DNA of 64,000 nucleotides from Burkholderiales bacterium (GTDB lineage: Bacteria > Patescibacteriota > Minisyncoccia > Phycocordibacterales > UBA9973), in the NCBI GenBank assembly GCA_023701005.1, contig JAMPXW010000002.1, positions 177,167 to 241,166 of the forward strand, in the 5' to 3' direction. Numbering within the stretch: position 1 is the stretch's first letter; each line of letters begins with the position of its first letter. The position numbers and the translations under genes are program-made. The notes under the pieces are model-generated. The model did no database searches, was not told the DNA's origin, and saw only the letters and a list, made by a program, of their open reading frames with translations. Positions 19,284 to 28,272 of the stretch are shown here, in pieces.

Positions 19284-19739
19284 ATGATATACATGACATT
19301 AGATTTTTGGGGGCTTTTTATTTTAATCTCTGGTTTCATTATTGGACTCGGAGCAGTGACCGTAATTGATATCCATGGTTTTCTAGGAAGAAAATCATCT
19401 TATTGGACAGAAGCAACCACACGAACGCACAAGGTGACAAAACCAATGATTTGGATAGGTATCACTTTAGCAATTGTTGGTGGTTTTATTTTTTATCATG
19501 ATTCCATATTTATAGGGATACCCATGTTGCATGCTTTCATGGCTCTCGGACTTATATTAAATGGGTATTTTCTTTCTTTTAAAGTCAGCCCCTTCATACT
19601 ACAAAGAGAAAAAGAAAATCGCTCAGGAGAATTGTTGCCTTCCTCGTGGCAAAAGAAAATTACAATAAGTCTCATCATTTCTGATATTTTATGGTGGGGA
19701 GGACTTATTTTGCTAGTCGCTTATATAACACAAAAATAA
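19284..19739 (+). CDS. Membrane protein (151 aa), hypothetical
   Basis: Four hydrophobic helices. Confidence 0.5.
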   Translation: MIYMTLDFWGLFILISGFIIGLGAVTVIDIHGFLGRKSSYWTEATTRTHKVTKPMIWIGITLAIVGGFIFYHDSIFIGIPMLHAFMALGLILNGYFLSFKVSPFILQREKENRSGELLPSSWQKKITISLIISDILWWGGLILLVAYITQK

Positions 19740-19803
19740 AACCATTCGAGTTTTTTAAACTTTTTTTGATATAATTAACCTATTATAAATAATCAACAAA
19801 ATT

Positions 19804-19965
19804 ATGGAAAAAATTAAAATAGAAAATCATACTTTAACTGGTGGAGTTTGGTTTGCAGCCTGGCTCTTTACTATTGGTTTCTTAAATCTAACTTTCTGGA
19901 AAGGTGTCCTCGCTGTCGTAGCTTGGCCGTACTTTTTAGGAGTTCATTTCTCTACATTATTTTAA
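19804..19965 (+). CDS. Small membrane protein (53 aa), paralog of 15111..15290; not in ORF track
   Basis: Hand translation MEKIKIENHTLTGGVWFAAWLFTIGFLNLTFWKGVLAVVAWPYFLGVHFSTLF; conserved core shared with the minus-strand paralog. Confidence 0.5.
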   Translation: MEKIKIENHTLTGGVWFAAWLFTIGFLNLTFWKGVLAVVAWPYFLGVHFSTLF

Positions 19966-19992
19966 TAATTATTAACTAAAATAAAATTAATT

Positions 19993-20388
19993 ATGGAAAC
20001 ATTTTTAACAAACGCAGTGCCAACAAGCAAAGGAAAGATTTTTTTGAATACTGTTTTCTGGGGATTTATTCTTTGGCTTTTTGGTTATATTTTAGGATTT
20101 GTATTCTTTGCTATCGCTCCGAAAGAATTAATCGGATGGTATATCTTACCTTTCGGTGTCGCTTTCACTCTCTTTGTGTTAATCAAAAGAGTGTCAAGAA
20201 GTGAATTTGGATGTTATTTTGGGCTTGGACTCATCTGGACAATAATGGCAATCGTTTTAGATTATTTTTTGCTAATCAAAATGTTGAATGCAACTAATTA
20301 TTACAAAATCGATGTATATATTTACTATATATTAACTTTCATTCTACCACTTCTCGTCGGTTGGTATAAATTTAAAAAAAATAATTAA
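19993..20388 (+). CDS. Membrane protein (131 aa), hypothetical
   Basis: Hydrophobic ORF in a run of co-directional small membrane-protein genes. Confidence 0.5.
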   Translation: METFLTNAVPTSKGKIFLNTVFWGFILWLFGYILGFVFFAIAPKELIGWYILPFGVAFTLFVLIKRVSRSEFGCYFGLGLIWTIMAIVLDYFLLIKMLNATNYYKIDVYIYYILTFILPLLVGWYKFKKNN

Positions 20389-20392
20389 TATT

Positions 20393-20686
20393 ATGAAAAA
20401 ACCATTTTTGTATTCATTAGCAGCAGCTTTATATATCGTGCTTCTGGTATCCGTCATGAGCCTCTCATCTTCAATGATGCCCAAAGAGGATAATATTTTC
20501 ATGCCGATGCTTGCACTGAGTTTGCTCGTACTCTCAGCTCTCGTTATGGCATTCTTATTTTTATCTGAACCTGTAAAACTTTACCTAGAAGACCAAAAGA
20601 AAGAGGCTTTCTCTTTTTTCACTAAGATGATCGCTTGTTTCGCTTGTTTTGTAATCATTTTCCTAATTTTAGTTTTCATCTTTTAA
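20393..20686 (+). CDS. Membrane protein (97 aa), hypothetical
   Basis: Three hydrophobic helices; 4 nt after previous stop. Confidence 0.5.
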   Translation: MKKPFLYSLAAALYIVLLVSVMSLSSSMMPKEDNIFMPMLALSLLVLSALVMAFLFLSEPVKLYLEDQKKEAFSFFTKMIACFACFVIIFLILVFIF

Positions 20687-20701
20687 AACTTACATACAAA
20701 A

Positions 20702-20728
20702 AGCCGGACGCCTGGCGTCCGGCTTTTT
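20702..20728. terminator. Bidirectional intrinsic terminator (perfect GC hairpin GCCGGACGCC/GGCGTCCGGC flanked by A5 and T5)
   Basis: aaaaagccggacgcctggcgtccggctttttg between convergent genes. Confidence 0.75.
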
Positions 20729-20737
20729 GTATTTTAT

Positions 20738-20977
20738 TTATTTACTTAACAATTCATCAAAAGCATCTGGCTGAAAACCTACAATGATATTTCCATCAAT
20801 ATCTATAACTGGCACACCCATTTGCCCACTTTTCTTTACCATTTCCTCTCCTGCAGCTCTATCTAGCCCAACATTTTTATCTTCAAAGGCTACACCTTTT
20901 TCTTTTAAATATTCTTTTGCATAAACACAATACGGACAAGTGGTAGTGGAATAAACTATAACTTTATGATCTTTCAT
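20738..20977 (-). CDS. Glutaredoxin-like protein (NrdH/Grx family, CPYC active site)
   Basis: 79 aa; VIVYSTTTCPYCVYAKEYL...GVPVIDIDG canonical glutaredoxin motifs. Confidence 0.85.
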   Translation of the reverse strand: MKDHKVIVYSTTTCPYCVYAKEYLKEKGVAFEDKNVGLDRAAGEEMVKKSGQMGVPVIDIDGNIIVGFQPDAFDELLSK

Positions 20978-21026
20978 ATATTTTTTTAGTAGAATAAACT
21001 ACTTTAATTAAAATTAATAATAATAT

Positions 21027-21299
21027 TTATTTATATTTACAAATAAACTTTTTCAAATCTTTTACAAAAGGCTTTCCAGGTAATTTATAACAAATTCTTT
21101 TACCTTCTCGTGTCGACAAAACGAGGCCTTCTTTCGACATAGCTTGTAAATGATGAGAAGCCAATGCCACACTCATTTTTAAACTTCCTGCTATATCAGA
21201 TACACAAACCTTTTTATGATTAAAGATAAGACAGAGAATTTTTAATCTATTCTCATCCCCTGCTGTACGCATTAATCTGGCTAATTCATTCAAACGCAT
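21027..21299 (-). CDS. ArsR/SmtB-family metalloregulator
   Basis: 90 aa; NRLKILCLIFNHKKVCVSDIAGSLKMSVALASHHLQAMSKEGLV winged-HTH of ArsR family. Confidence 0.8.
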   Translation of the reverse strand: MRLNELARLMRTAGDENRLKILCLIFNHKKVCVSDIAGSLKMSVALASHHLQAMSKEGLVLSTREGKRICYKLPGKPFVKDLKKFICKYK

Positions 21300-21418
21300 A
21301 TTTGAATGATATACTAAAGAAAAATAATTGTCAACTATTTCAAATGAAAGAAAAATACCCCCTAGGTTGTATTAATAATAGAAGGTCGATTTAACATTAA
21401 AATTAAACAACAAATACA

Positions 21419-21820
21419 ATGAATAATACAAAGAAAATGTTTTTAGGATTAGGAGTTTTGACAGTAATATTAGGCCTCGGAGCATTAGCAAATAGTGCAA
21501 GTGCCTACAAGGGAAATCCTTCCGTGAAAGGTCCAAATTACTCAGCAGAACGCCACACACTTATGGAAAAAGCTTTTGAGACTAATGATTACAATGCTTG
21601 GAAAAGTCTGATGCAAGGTAAAGGTAGAGTGACACAAGTCATTAATAAAGATAACTTTGCAAAATTTGCAGAAGCACATAGATTGGCTGAAAAGGGAGAT
21701 CTAGCCGGAGCCCAAAAAATAAGACAAGAATTGGGTCTAAATAATGGAGCTAATCAAAATCAAAAAGCAAACAATGGTTTTGGAAGAGGAATGAATAGAG
21801 GAAATGGTCTTAATCGTTAA
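21419..21820 (+). CDS. Secreted small protein with Gly/Asn-rich C-terminus, hypothetical
   Basis: Signal peptide MNNTKKMFLGLGVLTVILGLGALANSASA; followed by hairpin terminator CCCCGAAAAATCGGGG at 21839..21860. Confidence 0.5.
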   Translation: MNNTKKMFLGLGVLTVILGLGALANSASAYKGNPSVKGPNYSAERHTLMEKAFETNDYNAWKSLMQGKGRVTQVINKDNFAKFAEAHRLAEKGDLAGAQKIRQELGLNNGANQNQKANNGFGRGMNRGNGLNR

Positions 21821-21838
21821 TTAATAACAAATACATTG

Positions 21839-21860
21839 CCCCGAAAAATCGGGGTTTATG
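21839..21860 (+). terminator. Intrinsic terminator hairpin CCCCGA-aaaa-TCGGGG + T-rich tail
   Basis: ccccgaaaaatcggggtttatgtatttt read directly after 21419..21820. Confidence 0.6.
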
Positions 21861-21893
21861 TATTTTAAATTGAAATACTGTTAATATTAATAT

Positions 21894-22436
21894 ATGAAAG
21901 CAAATGAAGAATTATCAGACGAAGAAATAATAGAAAAAGTCAGAACATCTGATAAAGATCTTTATGCTTTGATAATCAATAGATATCAAAAGAAACTTAT
22001 ACGTTATGCAAATAATCTAATAAAAAATGAGGAAAAAGCGATAGATATAGTGCAGGAATCTTTCATCAAAGCTTTTATTAATTTAAATAGTTTTGATACA
22101 AAGAAAAAATTTTCTAGTTGGATTTATCGCATAGTGCATAATCAAGTTGAAAATATAAGAAAAAAATACAAACAAGAAACTCCTCTATTAGAAGAATGGG
22201 ATTTTGAAAGCAAAGATGATATTGAAAAAGACTTCGAACAAAAAGAGACAATAGAAAAAGTAGAAAAATGTTTAAAAGAAATACCTTTAATATATTCTGA
22301 ACCAATTTCTCTTTATTATATTGATGAAAAATCATATGAAGAAATAAGCGATATTTTAAAAATTCCAATGGGCACCGTCGCAACCCGCATTAATAGAGCA
22401 AAAATAATAATTAAAAAGATATGTCAAAAGAACTAA
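21894..22436 (+). CDS. ECF-subfamily RNA polymerase sigma-70 factor
   Basis: Region 2 (IVQESFIKAFINLNSF...FSSWIYRIVHNQVENIRKK) and region 4 HTH (YEEISDILKIPMGTVATRINRAKIIIKK). Confidence 0.8.
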   Translation: MKANEELSDEEIIEKVRTSDKDLYALIINRYQKKLIRYANNLIKNEEKAIDIVQESFIKAFINLNSFDTKKKFSSWIYRIVHNQVENIRKKYKQETPLLEEWDFESKDDIEKDFEQKETIEKVEKCLKEIPLIYSEPISLYYIDEKSYEEISDILKIPMGTVATRINRAKIIIKKICQKN

Positions 22437-22900
22437 ATATTACAGAAAATGTAATGCAACAAATAAATGAAGGTAAAATAAAAATGAAACCTCGCATATA
22501 TTTCATCGCTGGTTCTATTTTGACTTTCGTTGGATTGGTATTTTCAATTACAACTTCCATTTTTTTAATTAATTTAATAAAATTTTATTTCCGTACTCAT
22601 GGCAAAATGGCAGAATACCGTTTTGAACAAATGTTGGCAAATTTCCCATGGTGGACAGCTCTATTTGCTATCGTCACTCTCCTTTTAGGAATATGGTTAA
22701 TAAAAAAATATGAGTTTTCATATAAGAAAAAACCTTTTTTGATAATCATTGGATTCGTCTTGGCTATAATTTTTGTAGGTATTTTTGTAGATATAGCAGG
22801 TTTTAATGATTCAATAATTCGTAAAAACGGCAAAATGAAAAATATGATGAATGGATATTATCCTAAGGGTTATTTAAATGAAATAAGACCTAATAGATAA
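22421..22900 (+). CDS. Putative anti-sigma factor / membrane protein cotranscribed with ECF sigma
   Basis: 16-nt overlap with sigma gene; three TM helices; position-based inference only. Confidence 0.4.
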   Translation: MSKELNITENVMQQINEGKIKMKPRIYFIAGSILTFVGLVFSITTSIFLINLIKFYFRTHGKMAEYRFEQMLANFPWWTALFAIVTLLLGIWLIKKYEFSYKKKPFLIIIGFVLAIIFVGIFVDIAGFNDSIIRKNGKMKNMMNGYYPKGYLNEIRPNR

Positions 22901-22945
22901 ATCTAATGAAGTAAATAATTAAGAAAAATGCTACAATAGTTTTTA

Positions 22946-23815
22946 ATGAAACGGACAGAAACTGCAGTAAAAACTATATATTTCAGCATCTTTGGAAGCA
23001 TGGCTCTCGCCACTATAAAATGGATAGCTGGAATTTTTGGTAATTCTTATGCACTTATAGCTGATGCCATAGAATCCACGACTGATATATTATCTTCGCT
23101 ACTCGTATTGTTTGGAATTAAATATTCAAGTAAACCAGCAGACAAAGAACATCCATATGGACACGGCAGAGCTGAACCACTCATAACATTCCTAGTGGTC
23201 TGTTTTCTCGTAGCTTCTGCTTCTATTATCATCTATCACAGTATAGAAAATATAAAAACTCCTCATAAACTTCCAGAAACATGGACGCTATTTTTTCTTT
23301 TAGCAATAATAATCTGGAAAGAAGCTTCTTATCGTTTAGTTTTAAAGAAAAGCAAAGAGACAAATAGTTCATCTCTCAAGGCAGACGCTTGGCACCATAG
23401 AAGCGACGCCATCACCTCAGTGGCTGCATTTATTGGTATATCTGTAGCATTGATATTAGGCGAGGGTTATGAATATATGGATGATTATGCAGCTTTATTT
23501 GCAGCAGGATTTATTTTATATAATAGTTATTTAATTTTTAGACCTGCCCTAGGAGAAATAATGGATGAACACTTACATCATGATTTGGAAAATGAAATAA
23601 GAAAAGTCTCATTGGAAGTAGAAGGAATATTGGGTACAGAAAAATGTTTAATTAGAAAAACTGGAATGTATTATCATGTAGATCTACATGCAATAGTAAA
23701 TGCAGAAATAACAGTAAAAGAAGGTCATGATATATCTCATAAACTAAAAAAAACTTTACAAGAAAAGATAGAAGGTATCGGCAATGTACTTATACACATA
23801 GAACCAAAAGAATAA
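22946..23815 (+). CDS. Cation diffusion facilitator (CDF) family metal efflux transporter
   Basis: TM domain with ADAIESTTDILSS and HPYGHGRAEPL, ADAWHHRSDAITS motifs; C-terminal cytoplasmic domain; 289 aa. Confidence 0.85.
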   Translation: MKRTETAVKTIYFSIFGSMALATIKWIAGIFGNSYALIADAIESTTDILSSLLVLFGIKYSSKPADKEHPYGHGRAEPLITFLVVCFLVASASIIIYHSIENIKTPHKLPETWTLFFLLAIIIWKEASYRLVLKKSKETNSSSLKADAWHHRSDAITSVAAFIGISVALILGEGYEYMDDYAALFAAGFILYNSYLIFRPALGEIMDEHLHHDLENEIRKVSLEVEGILGTEKCLIRKTGMYYHVDLHAIVNAEITVKEGHDISHKLKKTLQEKIEGIGNVLIHIEPKE

Positions 23816-23837
23816 ACTGTTATAATGACAATACAAT

Positions 23838-24224
23838 ATGTTTAAATTACCCCAAATCTTAAGATACATAATAGCTGGAAGTACAGCCACCCTCGCCAAC
23901 TTAGAAACTATTTATATATGCGTAAATTATTTCCATTTATGGTATCTCATTTCCGCAGCCATAGCCTTTTGTGTCGGCGTCATCACAAGCTATGTGCTTC
24001 AAAGATTTTTCACTTTCGAAGAAAACCCTAAAACAAATACACAAAAACAATTTTCTCATTTTTTTATTTTTGCTTTAGTCATGCTCGGTTTAAACACATT
24101 GTTGGTGTATGTTTTTGTTGATATAATCAACATCTGGTATCTTTTATCACAGGCATTGGCATCTCTTATCATCGCTTTCTTGAATTATATTTATTTTAGT
24201 AAAGTTATTTTTAATAAATCTTAA
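23838..24224 (+). CDS. GtrA-family membrane protein (polysaccharide/lipid-linked sugar translocation accessory)
   Basis: ILRYIIAGSTATLANLETIYICVNYF...SYVLQRFFTF matches GtrA-like family; 128 aa, 4 TM. Confidence 0.7.
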   Translation: MFKLPQILRYIIAGSTATLANLETIYICVNYFHLWYLISAAIAFCVGVITSYVLQRFFTFEENPKTNTQKQFSHFFIFALVMLGLNTLLVYVFVDIINIWYLLSQALASLIIAFLNYIYFSKVIFNKS

Positions 24225-24227
24225 ATT

Positions 24228-24959
24228 ATGTATAAAGGTAAAAAAGTCATAATAGTATTGCCAGCATTAAATGCAGAATCTACTTTGGAGCAGACAATAA
24301 ATGACGTACCGAAAGATATAGTAGATGAAATCATTTTAGTAGATGATGGTAGTACAGACAACACTGTAAAACTCGCTAGAGAGCTAGGTTTGGAAGTGCA
24401 TGTTCATCACAAAAACATGGGCTATGGGGCAAATCAAAAAACATGCTACAAAATAGCTTTAGAAAAAGGCGCAGACATTATCGTCATGTTACATCCAGAT
24501 TATCAATATGATCCTAAAATCATAAAATATTTAGTAAGCTTCATCGAAGAAAATTATTGTGATGTAATGCTCGGTTCTCGTATTAGATCCAGAAAAGAAG
24601 CATTGGCGGGAGGTATGCCACTTTATAAATATTTCTCAAATCGATTTCTTACTTTCTGTGAAAATGTTTTAAGTGGATACAACCTATCTGAATGGCACAC
24701 CGGAATGAGAGCATACAAGAAAGAAGTCTTAGAAAATATAGATTTTAAGAAAAATTCCAACGATTTCGTTTTCGATTCTCAAGTTTTATTCCAAATAATA
24801 GAAAAAGGTTATCGCATTGGAGATATCCCCGTCCCTGTCAGATATCACAAAGAAGCTTCATCTATAAATTTCAAAAGAAGTTTGAAATACGGTTTACTCA
24901 CTTTGCTCGTTGCTTTTACATTTTTCTTAAAAAATTTATTTAAGAGGGATGAAAAATAA
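24228..24959 (+). CDS. GT2-family glycosyltransferase (polyprenyl-phosphate sugar synthase, DPM1/GtrB-like)
   Basis: [18 protein letters not shown]...[13 protein letters not shown] (GT-A DxD region) with C-terminal TM anchor. Confidence 0.8.
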   Translation: MYKGKKVIIVLPALNAESTLEQTINDVPKDIVDEIILVDDGSTDNTVKLARELGLEVHVHHKNMGYGANQKTCYKIALEKGADIIVMLHPDYQYDPKIIKYLVSFIEENYCDVMLGSRIRSRKEALAGGMPLYKYFSNRFLTFCENVLSGYNLSEWHTGMRAYKKEVLENIDFKKNSNDFVFDSQVLFQIIEKGYRIGDIPVPVRYHKEASSINFKRSLKYGLLTLLVAFTFFLKNLFKRDEK

Positions 24960-26496
24960 ATTCTTAAAAATTTCTTTAGTAATAATCTTCATATCTTTTT
25001 TTATCCTTTTTAATTGGAATTCTTTTTCTGCGCCTTTTGAAAGAGACGAAGGAGAATATGCATATTCAGCATGGCTTATGAGAACAGACAGAATTCCTTA
25101 TCAAGATTCATTCCTCCAGAAACCACCACTCATCATATACACATACCTCATGGGGCAATACATAAATCCTATATCCGTATGGCCACCTAGATTTTTGGCT
25201 AGCATCTTCACTCTTTTCACCGCATTTTTAATTTATCTAATAGCAAAAAAAGAATGGGGCGTACATGCTGGCATATTTGCTGTATTTTTATTTATATCTC
25301 TTGTGCATTTTCCACCTCTAACACCTTTTGCCGCTAATACAGAAAAATTCATGTTACTACCACTCGTCTCGCTACTCGCTCTCTTTGTCTATTATAAAGA
25401 CAGCAACAAAAATTGGCCCTATGTTTTGGCCGGGATATCTGCCACTTTGGCTATATTTTACAAACCTATATCTCTACCTGTCGTACTCTTTATAATTTTA
25501 TTTTGGCTATTTAAAATTTACCGTTTAGATATTTCTAAAAAAATATCTAACTTACTCAGACCATTCTTTTTAATTCTTTCTTCTTCTATTATCCTCAGTT
25601 TCATTCTCTTAATCCCATTTTTGAAAGTATTGCCAAACTTATTTCAAGAATCAATAATATTTAATCTATCTTATGCTAGTGTATTTGATAATCCTTTTTC
25701 TAATTTATTAAAATATTTAGGAAAATTTTTACATTATTGGTGGATACTATTATTCCTCTTACTTGGTTTTGTCTTTGAAAAACCAAAAAATATCTTTTAT
25801 TATTTTTTATTATTGATAATCTCTATATTAACAATATTCTCGACTCCTATCGGACATTATTATCTGATCATTATGCCATTCCTCGCATTGTGCTGTGCTT
25901 CTTTGTTTGATTCTCTACTTAATTCACTAGCAAAAAATGAAAAACAAAAAACAATTTCAACAATAATATTTTTACCTATTATTTTATTTATTATGATCAT
26001 CCCATTCAAGGAACAATTTTCTTTTAATCCCCAACAACTTTCTATATGGATGTATGGCACCGTAAATCCTTTCAGTGAATCACAAGAAGTCGCCAAACAT
26101 TTGAAAGAAATAACAAAAGATGATGACTTGGTGTTTGTCGCTGGCTCAGAACCTCAGATTTATTATTATGCTCAAAGAAAAAGTATTTCCCGTTTTATAA
26201 TCACCTACCCTTTGAATATGCCCACACCATATAGAGAAGAGTACCAGAAAGAATTGATGTCAGAATTTGAGAAAAATCCACCGAAGGCCATAATCTTGTC
26301 TACAAGAGAGATTAGTAACTTATGGGATGAAAAAAGTCCTAAAATTTTTATAAATTATTTTAATGATTTAATTTCAAAAAATTATAATATAATAGGGGGA
26401 TACGTTTGGGAAACAAATGAGAAAGGACATTGGCAAGAACCGCTAGATCCTAAACTATTACAAAATGCCAGTCTAATATTATTAAGTAAAAAATAG
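24949..26496 (+). CDS. GT-C-family integral membrane glycosyltransferase (ArnT/PMT-like)
   Basis: 515 aa, >10 TM helices; first periplasmic loop [13 protein letters not shown] (DE/DxD motif typical of GT-C/GT39/GT83); overlaps GT2 gene stop by 11 nt. Confidence 0.6.
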   Translation: MKNKFLKISLVIIFISFFILFNWNSFSAPFERDEGEYAYSAWLMRTDRIPYQDSFLQKPPLIIYTYLMGQYINPISVWPPRFLASIFTLFTAFLIYLIAKKEWGVHAGIFAVFLFISLVHFPPLTPFAANTEKFMLLPLVSLLALFVYYKDSNKNWPYVLAGISATLAIFYKPISLPVVLFIILFWLFKIYRLDISKKISNLLRPFFLILSSSIILSFILLIPFLKVLPNLFQESIIFNLSYASVFDNPFSNLLKYLGKFLHYWWILLFLLLGFVFEKPKNIFYYFLLLIISILTIFSTPIGHYYLIIMPFLALCCASLFDSLLNSLAKNEKQKTISTIIFLPIILFIMIIPFKEQFSFNPQQLSIWMYGTVNPFSESQEVAKHLKEITKDDDLVFVAGSEPQIYYYAQRKSISRFIITYPLNMPTPYREEYQKELMSEFEKNPPKAIILSTREISNLWDEKSPKIFINYFNDLISKNYNIIGGYVWETNEKGHWQEPLDPKLLQNASLILLSKK

Positions 26497-26498
26497 AT

Positions 26499-28181
26499 AT
26501 GAAAGAGCAAAACGTAGAAGACATATCATTCTTAAAAGATTTAAAGCCATTTTTATGGATAATAATTACTGGTTTTGTCCTTTATTTACAGGCATTTTTC
26601 TTTGATTTTTCTTACTTAGATGACAACAATCTAATTTTGGATAATCAATTCTTCCTAAGTAAGCTTTCTAATATATTTCAATCTTTTTCTATCGATGTAT
26701 TTCATATTTTCAACCACTCCGCTTTTTATTACAGACCAATGCTCACCATATCTTTCATCCTCGACCATCAGCTCGGAGGAATATCCCCTTTCATATATCA
26801 TTTCACAAGTGTACTTTTACATATATTGTCTACTTGTCTGTTGTTTATATTTTTCAAAAAATTAAACTATCGAAAAGACTTATCTTTTCTTTTTTCAATG
26901 TTATTTTTGGTACATCCTGTATTGACGCAAGCCGTCGTTTGGATACCAGGGAGGAATGATTCACTTTTAGCAGTATTTTTACTAACGACTTTCATATTTT
27001 TTATAAAACATCTGAAGGAAGAAAAAGGATACAACTTACTCTGGGCTCTACTATTCTTTGGACTATCACTCTTTACTAAAGAATCTGCAATCTTTGCTTT
27101 TCCTATATTACTTTTCTACTTATTATTCTTTTACAAAAAAGAAAACAAATTACCTTTCAAAAAATTCTATTTCTTTTTCGGATCTATTTTACTTTCTATA
27201 ATTTGGTTTTTATCTAGAAGCTATGTATTGAGAGATTCTACGCCTGCGACTTTACCAAATATGATAAAGTCAGTTTATTTCAACTTCCCTGCTGTCATTC
27301 AATTCTTCGGTAAAATCTTTTTACCATTCAATCTGAGTGTCTTACCGATAATGCAAGATACGACTTTTATATACGGAATAATTTCTATAATACTTTTAGG
27401 GATAATCTTTTTCCTTACAAAAAATAAGCGTTGGAATTTTATTATTTTCGGTTTCACTTGGTTCTTTGCATTTTTATTACCATCTTTTATACGTCCAAAT
27501 CCATTTCTTCCTGCTGATTTTATAGAACATAGACTCTACGTTCCCATCATTGGTATTTTTATAATTCTTTTAGAAACAGATTTTATAAAAAAAATAGATT
27601 TAAAGAAAAAAACTTATCTAATAATATCAGGGTCATTATTACTTTTATTCTGCGTCATAACTCTCGTTCATAGCAGAAATTTTGTAAATAAAATAGCTTT
27701 TTGGGAAAATGCTGCCAAAAATTCACCCAATTATCCTTTGTCTCACAGGAATTTAGGGGCAATGTATTATCTAGATAAAAGAATGGATGAAGCAGAAAAA
27801 GAGTTCAAAAACGCCTTAGAATTAAACCCAACAGAAGAAATGGCACATAACAATTTAGGTCTTGTATACCTTAGCAAGGGTATGTTAAAAGAAGCAGAAG
27901 AAGAATACATTAAAGAATTAGAAGTAAATCCAAATTATGACAATGCATATTTCAATCTTGGATTATTATATTGGCAACAAAAAAAATATAAAGAAGCAGC
28001 AGATAATTGGCAAAAGACTTTAGCAATAAATGAAGGTTATGTAGATGCTTACAATGCTTTGATGATATATAACTACCAAGAAAAGAATTATAAAGAAATG
28101 GAACTTTATGCTTTTGAAGTTTACAAAAGAGGGGGCCAAATACCAGACGAAATTTTGGAAATCCTAAAAAACATAAACTAA
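26499..28181 (+). CDS. Multi-pass membrane protein with C-terminal TPR repeats (TMTC-like putative O-glycosyl/mannosyltransferase)
   Basis: About 10 TM helices then TPR repeats (NLGAMYYLDKRMDEAEKEFKNALELNP / HNNLGLVYLSKGMLKEAEEEY / AYFNLGLLYWQQKKYKEAADNWQKTL). Confidence 0.55.
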   Translation: MKEQNVEDISFLKDLKPFLWIIITGFVLYLQAFFFDFSYLDDNNLILDNQFFLSKLSNIFQSFSIDVFHIFNHSAFYYRPMLTISFILDHQLGGISPFIYHFTSVLLHILSTCLLFIFFKKLNYRKDLSFLFSMLFLVHPVLTQAVVWIPGRNDSLLAVFLLTTFIFFIKHLKEEKGYNLLWALLFFGLSLFTKESAIFAFPILLFYLLFFYKKENKLPFKKFYFFFGSILLSIIWFLSRSYVLRDSTPATLPNMIKSVYFNFPAVIQFFGKIFLPFNLSVLPIMQDTTFIYGIISIILLGIIFFLTKNKRWNFIIFGFTWFFAFLLPSFIRPNPFLPADFIEHRLYVPIIGIFIILLETDFIKKIDLKKKTYLIISGSLLLLFCVITLVHSRNFVNKIAFWENAAKNSPNYPLSHRNLGAMYYLDKRMDEAEKEFKNALELNPTEEMAHNNLGLVYLSKGMLKEAEEEYIKELEVNPNYDNAYFNLGLLYWQQKKYKEAADNWQKTLAINEGYVDAYNALMIYNYQEKNYKEMELYAFEVYKRGGQIPDEILEILKNIN

Positions 28182-28272
28182 AACTTTTTTCGGCATACGC
28201 AATATTATTTTCGTTAACCACATTCAAGTTCGAGTGCGAGCCGTGAAAAAGTATTATTTTATGTTTTTTATT

